DNA from: an uncultured cyanobacterium | Lineage (GTDB): Bacteria; Cyanobacteriota; Cyanobacteriia; PCC-9006; JAAUQQ01 | Assembly: GCA_963718615.1 (NCBI GenBank) | Contig: OY970368.1 | Location: forward strand, 3,008,001-3,072,000 | DNA length: 64,000 nucleotides | Direction: 5' to 3' | In this document: positions 19,912 through 30,358 of the stretch, in pieces | How the letters are laid out: each line of letters begins with the position of its first letter | Position numbering within the stretch: position 1 is the stretch's first letter | Program-made: the position numbers and the translations under genes | The notes under the pieces: model-generated | The model's database searches: none | What the model was told of the DNA's origin: nothing | What the model saw: only the letters and a program-made list of their open reading frames with translations

Positions 19912-19944
19912 ATCCCAGGGACAAACCGCGTTTGTCCCTGGGAT
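19912..19944. repeat. Perfect 15-bp inverted repeat in the wza 3' region
   Basis: ATCCCAGGGACAAAC-CGC-GTTTGTCCCTGGGAT. Confidence 0.8.
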
Positions 19945-20018
19945 CTGATACCCACTCAACTCTGTTGTCGGTTGGATGAAGCAAGGTAAAATTCAACCTA
20001 ACACTGCTAAGGGATTAA

Positions 20019-21566
20019 CTAGTTGTTACCCCCAAAAAACAGATTGCGGATGAGATTGAAGAAGCCAAAACCGCCTACGACTGGATTGAGGACCTTACCA
20101 AAAATATCTGTGGCGGTGCTAAATCGAGATCGAGCAATCACCAGCGTATCGCCATTGCGCAATGGGGGATTTTGGTTTGAATTGACGGCAGCAGCCAAAT
20201 CAATATTGATTTCTCGTTTCTCTACAGACCCATTGGGATTGAGGCGAAGCAGCGTGACCTGACCCGTTTGGGCGCGATCATTGTAGCCGCCAGCCGACAA
20301 TAATGCCTGATTGAGTGGCGCATTGGGCTTCAGTTCAACGGGACCGGGTTTCACGACTTCACCCGCAACATTGACCAAAATACTGTTGGGAGAGAAGCTT
20401 GCTGTTGCAATGTCCGTCAGATCAGCCTCGTTGAGGGTATCGGCTTTAGCAATGACAATTGTGTCACCATCTTGCAGGGGCAGATCTTGACGGAATTCAC
20501 CGGATTTAAGCAAATCCCAGAAATTCAGCGTGGTTTCTTGAGTGTTGCCGCTGCGAGTGGTTCGGCGGATTTGGATAGACCGCACATCTGCTTGTTGGGT
20601 AATGCCGCCCGCCTGCTGAATCGCTTTGGTGACCGTGGGAGCACTGATGGTAACGGTGTTGCCATCGCGATCGCGGAAAGGTTCCCCGGTTAATGTGTAA
20701 GGACCGGGTCGGTTGACCTCACCCACAATAGAAACCGTCAAAGGCTGATTGGGGGAGGTGGCAAAGGGAGCCTTAGCCAACAGCCAGGACCGATCCACGT
20801 CGATTTCTTGGGTGGAGGGGACATAAATGCTGTCGCCATCCCGCAAGCGTAAATCCTGGCTAATATCGCCTCGCTGCAGCAAATCCCATAAATCCACGGT
20901 GATGATTTGAGGTTGTCCCTGGGCGGAGGCGAGGGGACGACGAATTTGAACATTGCGTAAATCCGCAGCGAGGGTTACCCCCTGGGCGAGGCGCAGCATC
21001 CGGGTCACCGTTGGGGTCACATTGCCGCCCGCCGCTGCATTTTCACTGGCTAAATTGTAGGAACCGGCTTGGTTAACTTCCCCAGCCACTGCAATGTTAA
21101 TTGGGCGTGCTGCAACCAGGCTGACCGTCACCACGGGGTAGCGCAGCAGCGCAGCAGCCTTGCCGCCAATCAGATTTTCCGCTTGGCTCAGGGTGCGACC
21201 TCGGACGGAAACAGACCCGATTTGGGGAACATTCACGGTGCCATTGGGCAGGACCTGAAATTCACCGCTGAGTTCTGGCACATTAAAAAAGTCGATCCGC
21301 ACGCGATCGCCCGCACCCAGCAAATAATCCTCAGAAACAGCGCCCACCCCTGCACCACTCAACTGAGGCAGAGGGGCTTGATTGGGAAAAGACTGAGCCA
21401 AGACAGCAGGTTGAATCGCCCCGAGTAGCAAAGCAGACAATAATGCCGGATAGCGAAGACTCCGTCGGTTTCTGCGGCTCTGATCGCCTCTCTCCACAGC
21501 AGTTTTGCCTGTCTCCTGAACCGAGACAACGATTTCTTTAGAAGCACTCATGTATTTAGATTTCAT
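20019..21566 (-). CDS. wza: Polysaccharide export protein (Wza/OPX, SLBB repeats)
   Basis: DYLLGAGDRVRI Poly_export motif and three SLBB repeats (GEVN.PG.Y ... L.DGD.I.V). Start uncertain (21566 or 21551). Confidence 0.9.
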   Translation of the reverse strand: MKSKYMSASKEIVVSVQETGKTAVERGDQSRRNRRSLRYPALLSALLLGAIQPAVLAQSFPNQAPLPQLSGAGVGAVSEDYLLGAGDRVRIDFFNVPELSGEFQVLPNGTVNVPQIGSVSVRGRTLSQAENLIGGKAAALLRYPVVTVSLVAARPINIAVAGEVNQAGSYNLASENAAAGGNVTPTVTRMLRLAQGVTLAADLRNVQIRRPLASAQGQPQIITVDLWDLLQRGDISQDLRLRDGDSIYVPSTQEIDVDRSWLLAKAPFATSPNQPLTVSIVGEVNRPGPYTLTGEPFRDRDGNTVTISAPTVTKAIQQAGGITQQADVRSIQIRRTTRSGNTQETTLNFWDLLKSGEFRQDLPLQDGDTIVIAKADTLNEADLTDIATASFSPNSILVNVAGEVVKPGPVELKPNAPLNQALLSAGGYNDRAQTGQVTLLRLNPNGSVEKREINIDLAAAVNSNQNPPLRNGDTLVIARSRFSTATDIFGKVLNPVVGGFGFFNLIRNLFFGGNN

Positions 21567-21809
21567 AGTGTAATTTTGAAGCTCTCCCACAATCCCACGG
21601 GTCGTCAATTTGATTGAATCGCGACTGGACAAACCTTGAGCGAACAGTTAACGCCCCAGCCTCTATTATCTCCATAAAGAATTGGTCTCTTTCCTATAGA
21701 ACCCAAGCAATCCGCCCGTTACACTGAGGTGGCAATATTTTTCAGTAGCATTTTTCATCCGTACTCATTTTACGAATCCCAGTGTAAGCGGTCTTCTAGA
21801 GAAAATGCC

Positions 21810-22013
21810 ATGGCTCTGGCCTGGATTAGACACATCGCTGAGGACAGCGTCCGCAAAATTTCTGAATGGACCAACAAAAGTTATCGAGACCCGGTCGGTA
21901 ACTCAGAGAGTCCACCGAGCTCTGAGACCGAGGATAAGCCGGTGGGGCGATCGCTCAATCTTCCTGTTGTTCCTCATCCAGACCATTTCCCAAACCCAAT
22001 CGAAGCCTCCTGA
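21810..22013 (+). CDS. Possible 67-aa hypothetical protein
   Basis: MALAWIRHIAEDSVRKISEW... has a protein-like N-terminal helix; no family recognised. Confidence 0.3.
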   Translation: MALAWIRHIAEDSVRKISEWTNKSYRDPVGNSESPPSSETEDKPVGRSLNLPVVPHPDHFPNPIEAS

Positions 22014-22214
22014 CACTAGTCTGCCTATGACTTCTCCGAGTCAGGTTGAGTTCCGGATTTTTTATTCTGCAAACTTGCGGATCTTGCTCAGAAGTCCTGA
22101 AGTAATCATTAAGACGAGTTTCTAGCTAAGGAGACAACCTGTGTCGTCGGGCACCTTTGCCCTCGCCAGTTTCTTCTCCGTCGCAATGGCTGACTGCAGG
22201 AGCTGCAATCTGTA

Positions 22215-24062
22215 ATGAAGGACTTTCAACACCCATCCGACCACGACCCGCTGAATGAAGACTTTTTGGGGGACGCTGGGGAACCCACTGAGACCTCTGC
22301 TACAAATACCGCTGACGATCTTCACGAATCCTCGGAACCTACCGAGGGGACGGTTGACACCATCGGGGAAGTAATGGAGGTTGAAGTGCTGGACGAATCC
22401 GGTCAGGAGCGCTCCTACGAGGTCTATCAAGAAGGCTCTCTTACCTACTTCCGTTATTACTTGGACGACGAGGAAAACGGCACCGACTACTATGGCATGG
22501 GCGATCGCGAAGCGGGAATTTCCCCTCGTCCATTTCTCTCCGCTGGCGCGGTAGGGGTTGGCGTTCTCGCCGCTACCTTTGGAGTAGGCCTCTTGGTCGC
22601 AGAAATGACGAATCGGGGCTCCGAGGCCAAGGTTGCAAACGATGATGCCGAGCAACGCCCCATTGGCGGCAAGGAGCTCACGGCGGCGGCCAAGGTTGCC
22701 ACCACTGCACCCGAAGCCGGTAAGCCAGATTGGTCTTCGCCCAACAAAACATTAGCAACCAAGGCCGGGTCTTCAAAAACCGATAGCTTGTTGACTGCTG
22801 CGTCCGCCGACAAGATTTCTAGCGCAGCGACGAAGTTAGAGGCCCAGGTTAAAACCGCTACAAAACCGACCGCGAATCCCCTGGGTGCTGCCGCCATGGC
22901 CTCCACTTGGGGAGTCTCAGGGGCTGCAACACCGGTGGGAGCAAGCAATCCCTATCTAGCTCCTGTGGCCTCTGCCACCTCAGCAGCCCGACCGAACTAT
23001 CAGGTGGTCTCCATGAGTTCGCTGCCTCCCATCTCCCTGGGCCAGCGACCGGGTGCCCCTGGTCCAGCTGCTGCCGTGGCAGAAGAGCAGCGCCGTTTAG
23101 CCGCGCGGATGGCCGCCATCCGTAACGCTAACAATGCATCCATTGCCTCAGCGGATGTGGCTAGTGCCTCTACCTCAGATCCCTATACCCTGAGCGCAGC
23201 GGTCAGCCCCTGGCGTCCTGACCTGCCCAAGCGGACCTATGTAGCAGATCCCGTACAGCTTCCCCCGTCTAATGTTCGGGTTCAGCAACCGGAGGCGATC
23301 GCCGCAACGAGCACTCCGAGCTATGCTAATTCTGGACTCCTCGCGGCACCGGAAACGAATCCGGTCTCAGCAGCTGCGATGCAACGGGCCGAGGAACAAA
23401 AGCAAAAGCTCACCCAAGCGATTGCGAAACCAGTGGCTGGGCTTCTCCTGGTTTCGGTAGATGGTCAGACCCCTACAGCGACTCAACCTAGCCTGCAGGC
23501 TCAGCCGTTGCCCGTTGCCCCTCCGGCACCAGCGGTTCAGACCCCGGTTATTCAGCCCATCATGGAAGAGAATCCTACGAATGAGGATGAGGATTTGCTT
23601 CAGGCCCAAGGGATCGCTGAACCGGCAGGTCTGGTTCAAAGCCTTCAACAGCTAATCACCTTGGCCCAAAGTTCATCGTCGATCCCCAAATCCTATCCGC
23701 TCACCCAGGAAGTCGCCCAAGAAGCCCTGCGTTCTAGCAATCAACTCGCCCAATTTCGGGTTTTATCGCTCAACGCGACGGACTATCAGCAGCTTTGGCG
23801 CATGACTGCCCAATCTGCCGATCGCCTTCTGGCTCCGATGCATGGATTTGTGGACTATCAACGTCATGTGATTGCAGTGGTTGATGGTGATGTGAATGCA
23901 GCTCTGCCGGAAACGACGACAGCCGTTGCCCTATCCGACAGTCCTGCCATTGCGAATAACTTGACCTCGGGATTTGATTTTCAAGAGGACAAGGTACAGG
24001 CTCTCGCTCAGGCATTAACGCCTCAGACCGGTCGTTTAGTACCGGATGACCAAAAACTCTAG
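22215..24062 (+). CDS. Hypothetical single-pass membrane protein: acidic N-terminus, long Ala/Pro/Ser-rich linker, small C-terminal globular domain
   Basis: 615-aa ORF with one hydrophobic segment (GAVGVGVLAATFGVGLLVA); divergent from wza. Confidence 0.75.
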   Translation: MKDFQHPSDHDPLNEDFLGDAGEPTETSATNTADDLHESSEPTEGTVDTIGEVMEVEVLDESGQERSYEVYQEGSLTYFRYYLDDEENGTDYYGMGDREAGISPRPFLSAGAVGVGVLAATFGVGLLVAEMTNRGSEAKVANDDAEQRPIGGKELTAAAKVATTAPEAGKPDWSSPNKTLATKAGSSKTDSLLTAASADKISSAATKLEAQVKTATKPTANPLGAAAMASTWGVSGAATPVGASNPYLAPVASATSAARPNYQVVSMSSLPPISLGQRPGAPGPAAAVAEEQRRLAARMAAIRNANNASIASADVASASTSDPYTLSAAVSPWRPDLPKRTYVADPVQLPPSNVRVQQPEAIAATSTPSYANSGLLAAPETNPVSAAAMQRAEEQKQKLTQAIAKPVAGLLLVSVDGQTPTATQPSLQAQPLPVAPPAPAVQTPVIQPIMEENPTNEDEDLLQAQGIAEPAGLVQSLQQLITLAQSSSSIPKSYPLTQEVAQEALRSSNQLAQFRVLSLNATDYQQLWRMTAQSADRLLAPMHGFVDYQRHVIAVVDGDVNAALPETTTAVALSDSPAIANNLTSGFDFQEDKVQALAQALTPQTGRLVPDDQKL

Positions 24063-24101
24063 TTCATAGATTGGGGGACAGGATGTGATTCTGTCCCCTT
24101 T

Positions 24102-26636
24102 TTAGCGATTTCGTTGACTGAGAAACTGGATGGTATTCCATGCCCTGAGCAGGTTGCCTTGCATTAGACCAATAACACCATCCAAGACTCGAATTTCGAA
24201 TTGCTGGGGGGCGATCGCCTGGGCAGGCTCCAAGGCTCGCGCTGCCGCCCTCGGTTGAAAACCGTAGAGATGCACAAAGGCGAGATAGGCATGGGCAAAG
24301 GGGTTATCGGGATCCAATTGGGTAACCCTTTCGAGAGCGGCGATCGCCCCTGGAATATCCTGCTGTAAAATCTGAGCCAAGGCTAAGGCATAGGCATTGT
24401 TGAGATGATTAGGGTCTTGGGTTAGGCGATACCGCAGCGAAAGTTCCGCCTGTTTCAAATAATCCGGGCTGGGAACGATTTGGTTCACCCGAGAAATTGC
24501 CTCGAACGTAGGGCCAAAGACGGCAGGCCCCCCCGGCATTGACTTTGCCCAAGTGCGGAGTTGGGTCAGCCAATCCAGTTCGGGGGCGACGCTTGCAGGA
24601 GCCGCAGGATTCAAGGTCAGCGTTGTTTTAGGAATCGTCAGGAGCTGCGTTTGACCATTGTTGCGATCGAGATAGGCAGCCCATAGCTGATATTCGCCCA
24701 AAGGTCCTTCCGGTAGCATCGCTAGGCGCTCGGTCAAGATCACCACTTCATCTGGAGATTGGTCCGGCGCAACCAGCAGTTGCCCCAGGGCTGGAGCGTG
24801 GTCATGAATCCAGCGATCGCCCCGCCCCGACTGCCAGCTCAGAGCCAAAATACCGTTTTGCAAAGCCCGCAGCGAACCCGACCAGCGATAGGTCACCGCC
24901 ACGGGCTGATTGGGCGGTACCTGGGCAGGCACATTCACCGACAGCAACTGAACCCCTGAGGGCGTATTGGCTGGGGCCGGTTCAAGGGTGAACGGAGGCT
25001 GAGTCCGGTGCCAAAGCTTGACGGTACTGCTATCGGGCAAGGGCCACTGGCCAGCGACGGCAAACTCAGGACTGGTTTCGACGGTATAAACCATGAGTGG
25101 CTGGGAGTCGGGGATGGAGCCCTGGCCACCGGTTTTGGTCAGAAACCATTCGAGGGACCGCCCATCCTGCTCGACAAATTCTTCCTGGGTCCCCACTTGC
25201 CGTCCGGCTACTCGGAAATTCGCCAAATTGCCGTAGAGGCTGAGATTATGTTGGTTGACCGCTGGTGTTGAGGGTAAAACGCCGAGGGTCGACCGGAGAT
25301 TGGGTTCGGTGGTAACGATGGTTTCGATGATTTGACGATGGGGCCAAGTCTGGCCAATCTGGGGCCATGGAGGTTGGGCAGGACCGAGTCGGGAACCCAG
25401 GGCTGCTCCCAGCGGATTAGGAATGAATAACAACAATAGGGAAAGGACGATCGCCCCCAGGGGAATCCAACGCAGCCGCCAAGACCAGAGGTTTAGTCCT
25501 GCGGCCAAGAGCAGCGAGATCGCGGGTAAATAGGGCACGATATAGCGTGCATCCTTATTGGGATTGAGGCTACAGAAGACGTAGGCCCCCAGGATAAACA
25601 GCAACAACCAAAGAACTGCGGGAAGGATGGATTGCTTGTTAGCCGTTGTCGGCACCGTCTTCGGCACCGTCTTCGGCACTGTTTTCGTCACCGTCTTTGC
25701 CTGCCAGCGACGGAGGATGGCTCGAATCAGCCAAAACAAAACCCCGGCGATCGCCGCCAACCCAATAGGCCAAGTCACCTGCTGAGGTAATTGTTGTAGG
25801 TAATACAACCAAGCCGCCGGACTCCACAGCGACGGATCACCCTCCTTGATCGCCGAATCCACCGTGGCCCGCTTACTAGAGGTCAAAATCAACAGCCAGT
25901 TGGTCATCACCCAGGGGCGAATCACCAGCAAAGCCGTAATCCCACAGGCCAGTCCCTGCAACAGCCGCTGCCCGTTCAACTGCCAAAGCGCTTTTAATCC
26001 CATGGCCAGCAGCGGGACCAGCAAAAACAGCAGCGCTGTCTGCTTAGTCAAAATCGAGAGACCCAGACATAATCCCGTGGCGATCGCCCGAGGCCAAGCC
26101 CAGCGCCAATCTCGGCTGCGTGCCCAGCTCGTCATCAGCAAAAACGTAAACGTCACCATGGCCGCGACGGGATAGTCCAGTAAATATTCCAGCCGTAGCG
26201 GATACAGTCCTGGTAAAACTGCACAGATCGCCGCTGCCCACAGTCCCACAGAGCGACTAAAGAGAATTTTCCCTAACCCGTAAACCCCACTTAAGAGCAG
26301 CGCACTGTAAATGAGCTGGACCAGCATGGCGGTATCGGGACTGGGGCCAAAGAGTTGAAAAAACGGCAGCGTCAGCCCATAGGTCAAGGGGGGAATCTTC
26401 GGGGCAGCCGACCAAAACTGCTGCCACCAGTCAGGGCTGAACCGATCGCCCAAGCCCCACAACCGCCAATATTCCAGTGCCCCATTGAGGTAGTCCGCTT
26501 GATCCCAGGCGGGCATCGACTGATCTAACGCCAGCCACAGGCGATCGCCCAGGGCGCTGAGCAACCAAAGTCCCAGCAAAATCCAAAGGGGTTGGGCGAA
26601 CCATCGCCGAGTTTCTTGCCGTGTCACTTTACTCAC
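24102..26636 (-). CDS. GT-C (PMT_2/ArnT-like, GT39) membrane glycosyltransferase with C-terminal TPR
   Basis: PAWDQADY, KIPPL, many TM segments, NKDARY, C-terminal TPR (LDPDNPFAHAYLA). Confidence 0.85.
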   Translation of the reverse strand: MSKVTRQETRRWFAQPLWILLGLWLLSALGDRLWLALDQSMPAWDQADYLNGALEYWRLWGLGDRFSPDWWQQFWSAAPKIPPLTYGLTLPFFQLFGPSPDTAMLVQLIYSALLLSGVYGLGKILFSRSVGLWAAAICAVLPGLYPLRLEYLLDYPVAAMVTFTFLLMTSWARSRDWRWAWPRAIATGLCLGLSILTKQTALLFLLVPLLAMGLKALWQLNGQRLLQGLACGITALLVIRPWVMTNWLLILTSSKRATVDSAIKEGDPSLWSPAAWLYYLQQLPQQVTWPIGLAAIAGVLFWLIRAILRRWQAKTVTKTVPKTVPKTVPTTANKQSILPAVLWLLLFILGAYVFCSLNPNKDARYIVPYLPAISLLLAAGLNLWSWRLRWIPLGAIVLSLLLLFIPNPLGAALGSRLGPAQPPWPQIGQTWPHRQIIETIVTTEPNLRSTLGVLPSTPAVNQHNLSLYGNLANFRVAGRQVGTQEEFVEQDGRSLEWFLTKTGGQGSIPDSQPLMVYTVETSPEFAVAGQWPLPDSSTVKLWHRTQPPFTLEPAPANTPSGVQLLSVNVPAQVPPNQPVAVTYRWSGSLRALQNGILALSWQSGRGDRWIHDHAPALGQLLVAPDQSPDEVVILTERLAMLPEGPLGEYQLWAAYLDRNNGQTQLLTIPKTTLTLNPAAPASVAPELDWLTQLRTWAKSMPGGPAVFGPTFEAISRVNQIVPSPDYLKQAELSLRYRLTQDPNHLNNAYALALAQILQQDIPGAIAALERVTQLDPDNPFAHAYLAFVHLYGFQPRAAARALEPAQAIAPQQFEIRVLDGVIGLMQGNLLRAWNTIQFLSQRNR

Positions 26637-26693
26637 AGGCCCACTTCCCGAGTCTCGTAGATGCCCCTAGCCAATGAGGGGAGAATGCAAAAA

Positions 26694-27149
26694 TCACTCT
26701 ACCGCTTCGAGCGATCGCTGCATCTTGAGATGTTCGATTCCTGCTTCCCAAAAGGGTTCCCCCTGGGGGATGAAGTCGAGGCGGTCGTACAGGGGTTGAA
26801 TATAGCGTTGGGCGTGGACGATGACGGTTTGGATCCCTTGCGATCGCAATTCTTCTAGAGCTACAACCATTAATTGATGAGCAATGCCTTGGCGACGGTA
26901 GGCGGCTAGGACCGCAAGACGCTCGATTTTAGCAAGGGTTCCATCAAGGCAACGGAGGCGCAGCGTCGCGACAGCCTGCTGATCGACATAGGCCAGTAAA
27001 TGCTGAGCGGTTGGATCCTGGCCATCAATATCGAGCGATTCCGGCACGTTTTGCTCTTGCGAAAAAACGCGGCGACGGATGCTTTGGATGGCAGCGGCCT
27101 CAGTGGCATAGTTGGCGATCTGGATCTGGAGTGACATCTGGAGTGACAT
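26694..27149 (-). CDS. GNAT N-acetyltransferase (ElaA/YjcF-like)
   Basis: IRRRVFSQEQ, KIERLAVL..YRRQGIA, FWEAGIEH. The start region is duplicated (MSLQ MSLQ). Confidence 0.88.
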   Translation of the reverse strand: MSLQMSLQIQIANYATEAAAIQSIRRRVFSQEQNVPESLDIDGQDPTAQHLLAYVDQQAVATLRLRCLDGTLAKIERLAVLAAYRRQGIAHQLMVVALEELRSQGIQTVIVHAQRYIQPLYDRLDFIPQGEPFWEAGIEHLKMQRSLEAVE

Positions 27150-27285
27150 AGGGCAAGGCATGACACCACTCTATAATCTCTGGATAATCCCTAACTGAAG
27201 CACCAACTGCTTCCCCATCGTGACGCCATTCGGTAAAATGGGGACCAACAGAAACCTCTTTAACAAAATATCTGAGGGAAAACCA

Positions 27286-27405
27286 ATGGACTGGCGCGTT
27301 CTGCTTGTGCTTGCACCCATCCTCCTCGCTGGCGGCTGGGCTGTTTTCAATATCGGTAAAGCTGCTCTAGGACAACTTCAAGGGATGTTGGACCGTCGCG
27401 CCTAG
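27286..27405 (+). CDS. psbY: Photosystem II protein Y
   Basis: [32 protein letters not shown], 39 aa; RBS-like GAGG upstream. Confidence 0.93.
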   Translation: MDWRVLLVLAPILLAGGWAVFNIGKAALGQLQGMLDRRA

Positions 27406-27454
27406 AATCGGACCAATAATCGGGCCAATAGGCCAATAATTGGGCCAACAAACC

Positions 27455-27493
27455 AAAGAGCGATCGCTTCATTCGGGGGCGATCGCTCTTTTC
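27455..27493. terminator. Probable bidirectional terminator whose stem consists of two HIP1 sites
   Basis: AAAGAGCGATCGC-ttcattcgggg-GCGATCGCTCTTTT between convergent psbY and the PfkB kinase gene. Confidence 0.75.
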
Positions 27494-27522
27494 ATTCGAG
27501 GGTTGTCTGAGGCAGGGGTTCT

Positions 27523-28512
27523 CTACAGCGCTTGCAACAACGCTTTGGTATCCGCTGTAGCCATGCGTGCACCTAGATGGGTCACCAGCTTCGCTGCGGC
27601 CAAAGACCCCAATCGTCCTGCATCGGCCCAGCTCAATCCATTGGTAATGCCGTAGAGCACGGCTCCAGCGTACATATCTCCGGCTCCCACCGTGTCAATA
27701 GCCTTGACCGGGTGCGGCGCGATTTCAATCAGGTTTTCTCCGTCAAAGATCACGGACCCCTGGGCACCACGGGTAATGGCAAAGGTTTTCGCCAGGGGTT
27801 TGAGGGCGGCGATCGCCTCCTTCAAATCCGTTGTTCCTGCCATTTCCAGTGCCTCGCTCTCATTGGCAAACAGCAAATCTACCCCCGGCCCAATCATCTC
27901 CAAGAGTCCTTCCTTAAAGAACTTGGTCATATTGAAATCCGACAGCGTCAATGCAGCTTTTTGACCCGCAGCTTGGGCCATTTCGCGGGCTTTGATCGCG
28001 GCTTGACGGGCAGCCTCTCCAGTAACGAGGTAGCCTTCGATATAGGTGTAGGTGGAATCGGCGATCGCCTCCGGCACCAGTTCCTGTTCAGAAAATCCAC
28101 CGGAAATTCCTAGGAACGTATTCATCGTGCGATCGGCATCCGGCGTCACAAACACCAGGCACTTGCCCGTAATGCCGGATTCTGGTTCGTGGGTTTGGAG
28201 ATTCGTCCCAACGCCGCAACGAACCAAATCATCAAAATAAAATTGACCCGGCTCATCATTGGCGACTTTGCAGGAGTAGTAGGCTTTGCCGCCAAACTGG
28301 CTAACCGCAATAATCGTATTCGCCGCCGAGCCCCCGGAAGAGCGCTTGGTGGAATGGTCTGAGAGTCGCGCCAGAATGTTGTTTTGGCTCTCCTCATCCA
28401 GGAGGGTCATGACGCCCTTATCAATTCCCAGCTCCTGAAGCCATTCGGGAGTCACCTCGCATTCAATATCGAGTAGGGCATTGCCAAGGCCGTAGACATC
28501 GTAGCGCGCCAT
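27523..28512 (-). CDS. PfkB family carbohydrate/adenosine kinase
   Basis: GLGNALLD, GGSAANT, DADRTM, DTVGAGD. Confidence 0.92.
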   Translation of the reverse strand: MARYDVYGLGNALLDIECEVTPEWLQELGIDKGVMTLLDEESQNNILARLSDHSTKRSSGGSAANTIIAVSQFGGKAYYSCKVANDEPGQFYFDDLVRCGVGTNLQTHEPESGITGKCLVFVTPDADRTMNTFLGISGGFSEQELVPEAIADSTYTYIEGYLVTGEAARQAAIKAREMAQAAGQKAALTLSDFNMTKFFKEGLLEMIGPGVDLLFANESEALEMAGTTDLKEAIAALKPLAKTFAITRGAQGSVIFDGENLIEIAPHPVKAIDTVGAGDMYAGAVLYGITNGLSWADAGRLGSLAAAKLVTHLGARMATADTKALLQAL

Positions 28513-28621
28513 AAACGTTCCTCTAACCGTGATAGGTCTTGATATAGGTCTTAAAGCAGGTGTTCTTGATCATCAAAATTGATGACCAAAACAGAAGGGT
28601 CTCAACGGACCCTTCTCATTA

Positions 28622-29836
28622 CTACTGAGCTAGGCTCATTTGGGCCAGTGCAGTGTTTTGGTAGTAGTACCCCAAAATTTGCTGATAGGATTGCCCCTGT
28701 TTGGCCATACCCAGCGCTCCGTACTGGCTCATGCCGATGCCGTGACCAAACCCCCGACCTTGAAACACAAACGTCGTATTGCTGGCTTTGGTACCCCCTT
28801 GGGGCACGACGCTAAACAAAGTGCTGCGCAGATCTAGGGCTTGGCGCACTTTGGTTGCTGAAACCGTTCGGCTGCCTTGCTCACCCTGAATCCGGACTGT
28901 TTTTAGTCGTCCTGTAGGACTCGTGACAGCAGGGGCGATCGCAACAATATTGCCAATCCCAGAGACTTCAGAACCCAAGTAAGATGCAATCTTACTCGTG
29001 AGCTGTTGGCCCGTAAACTGTTTGCTCCAGCTAAACACCGGAGCCTCTTGGTCATAGTCGGGAACACCGCGCAGATAGGGCAGCGGCGAAGACCAAACAT
29101 CTTCAGAGTTTTCCGTGTGCCCCCCGGAAGAGGAGTGAAAAACCGCTTCGATCACCTGACCGCTGTAGGTCAAGATCTGGCCCGCTGTGCTCTTGACTGC
29201 GGTTCGGGTTGAGTCGGTTTCTGCGGCTGCGCCTTTATACACCTGGGAGGCCGTTGTGTCGCTCACGTCAAATAGACTACCGGTTTTGGTATCCCGTTTC
29301 TTAAGGGCATAGGAACGCGCCGCAACTGCTTGGGATTTGAGGGCTTCCTGGGGCCAACTCGGCGGCATTTCGCTGGCGACAACACTGTAAAGATATTCTT
29401 CGACATCGACATAGTTAACAGCGGTCAGCCCTTGGCCCTTGGGCGTCAGGAGGACCTTGCCGCGATACCAGCGATCGCCAATCCAAATCAGCCCATCTCC
29501 ACTAGGCTCCACCCAGACCTGGCTACCATTCCAAGGTCCAAGGGTCACTTGCCCCCGCTGTACCTGAGCATTATTGCCGGTCATAGCCTGGAGTCGACCG
29601 AGGACCTGGCCCGAGGTGTTCTTGATGATGGCGGTTGTGGAAGCACCGACCTGAACCTGGCTGGCATTTTCTTCGACCGCGACCCGCATATCCAGGGCTT
29701 GGGCTGGAGCTGCAACGAGCAGAAAAACGAGTACACCGAGCCAACGCAGTTTAGAGAACGCGGAGGATTGAAACAGGAGTGAAAGCAGACGGTGTCCCTG
29801 ACCAACGGAACCCGCCATTGCAGTTGCAGCGGTCAT
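28622..29836 (-). CDS. SpoIID/LytB domain peptidoglycan lytic protein
   Basis: EEYLYSVVASEM, ALKSQAVAARSYA, FHSSSGGHTE, GRGFGHGIGMSQYGA. Confidence 0.92.
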   Translation of the reverse strand: MTAATAMAGSVGQGHRLLSLLFQSSAFSKLRWLGVLVFLLVAAPAQALDMRVAVEENASQVQVGASTTAIIKNTSGQVLGRLQAMTGNNAQVQRGQVTLGPWNGSQVWVEPSGDGLIWIGDRWYRGKVLLTPKGQGLTAVNYVDVEEYLYSVVASEMPPSWPQEALKSQAVAARSYALKKRDTKTGSLFDVSDTTASQVYKGAAAETDSTRTAVKSTAGQILTYSGQVIEAVFHSSSGGHTENSEDVWSSPLPYLRGVPDYDQEAPVFSWSKQFTGQQLTSKIASYLGSEVSGIGNIVAIAPAVTSPTGRLKTVRIQGEQGSRTVSATKVRQALDLRSTLFSVVPQGGTKASNTTFVFQGRGFGHGIGMSQYGALGMAKQGQSYQQILGYYYQNTALAQMSLAQ

Positions 29837-30358
29837 AGAATCTCCCTATAGAAAGACGCAAAAAAGACAGGAAAAACTTGGCGTTAACGCAGTTCAACAG
29901 CTTGACGCTGAGTCTGGAATGCAGCGATTCAAGCGCTACAGTTGTTTGCGTTACCCTGTTCTAGCGGACGCAGAAGTTGCAAGTTCAGTTCCACTCCTGT
30001 TGAGGATTTGCATATCGGATGGCATATCGGATTTGTATAGTTCGCGATCGCACGAGTAACCACACTACCCTAAAACTTGCTCGGCTCAGGATCAGAATGC
30101 CCCTGGGAGACTAGATTATCGCCTAGGGAGAATATTGCAATGTTGCCCCTAGGGCAATTCACCAAATCTTTATGGGGTACGGCCTGGGAATAAACAAGCC
30201 CTAAACAAGCTCGGGACGAACAAGCTCGGGACGAACAGGTTAGGATGGTCAAGGGTTGGGCAGTCTTGGGCCTAGACCCGAAAAATGCCAAGGCAAAACG
30301 CCCAGATAAAACGCCCAGATAAAACGCCAAGACCATTCGCTCGCTCGGGACATTTGCT

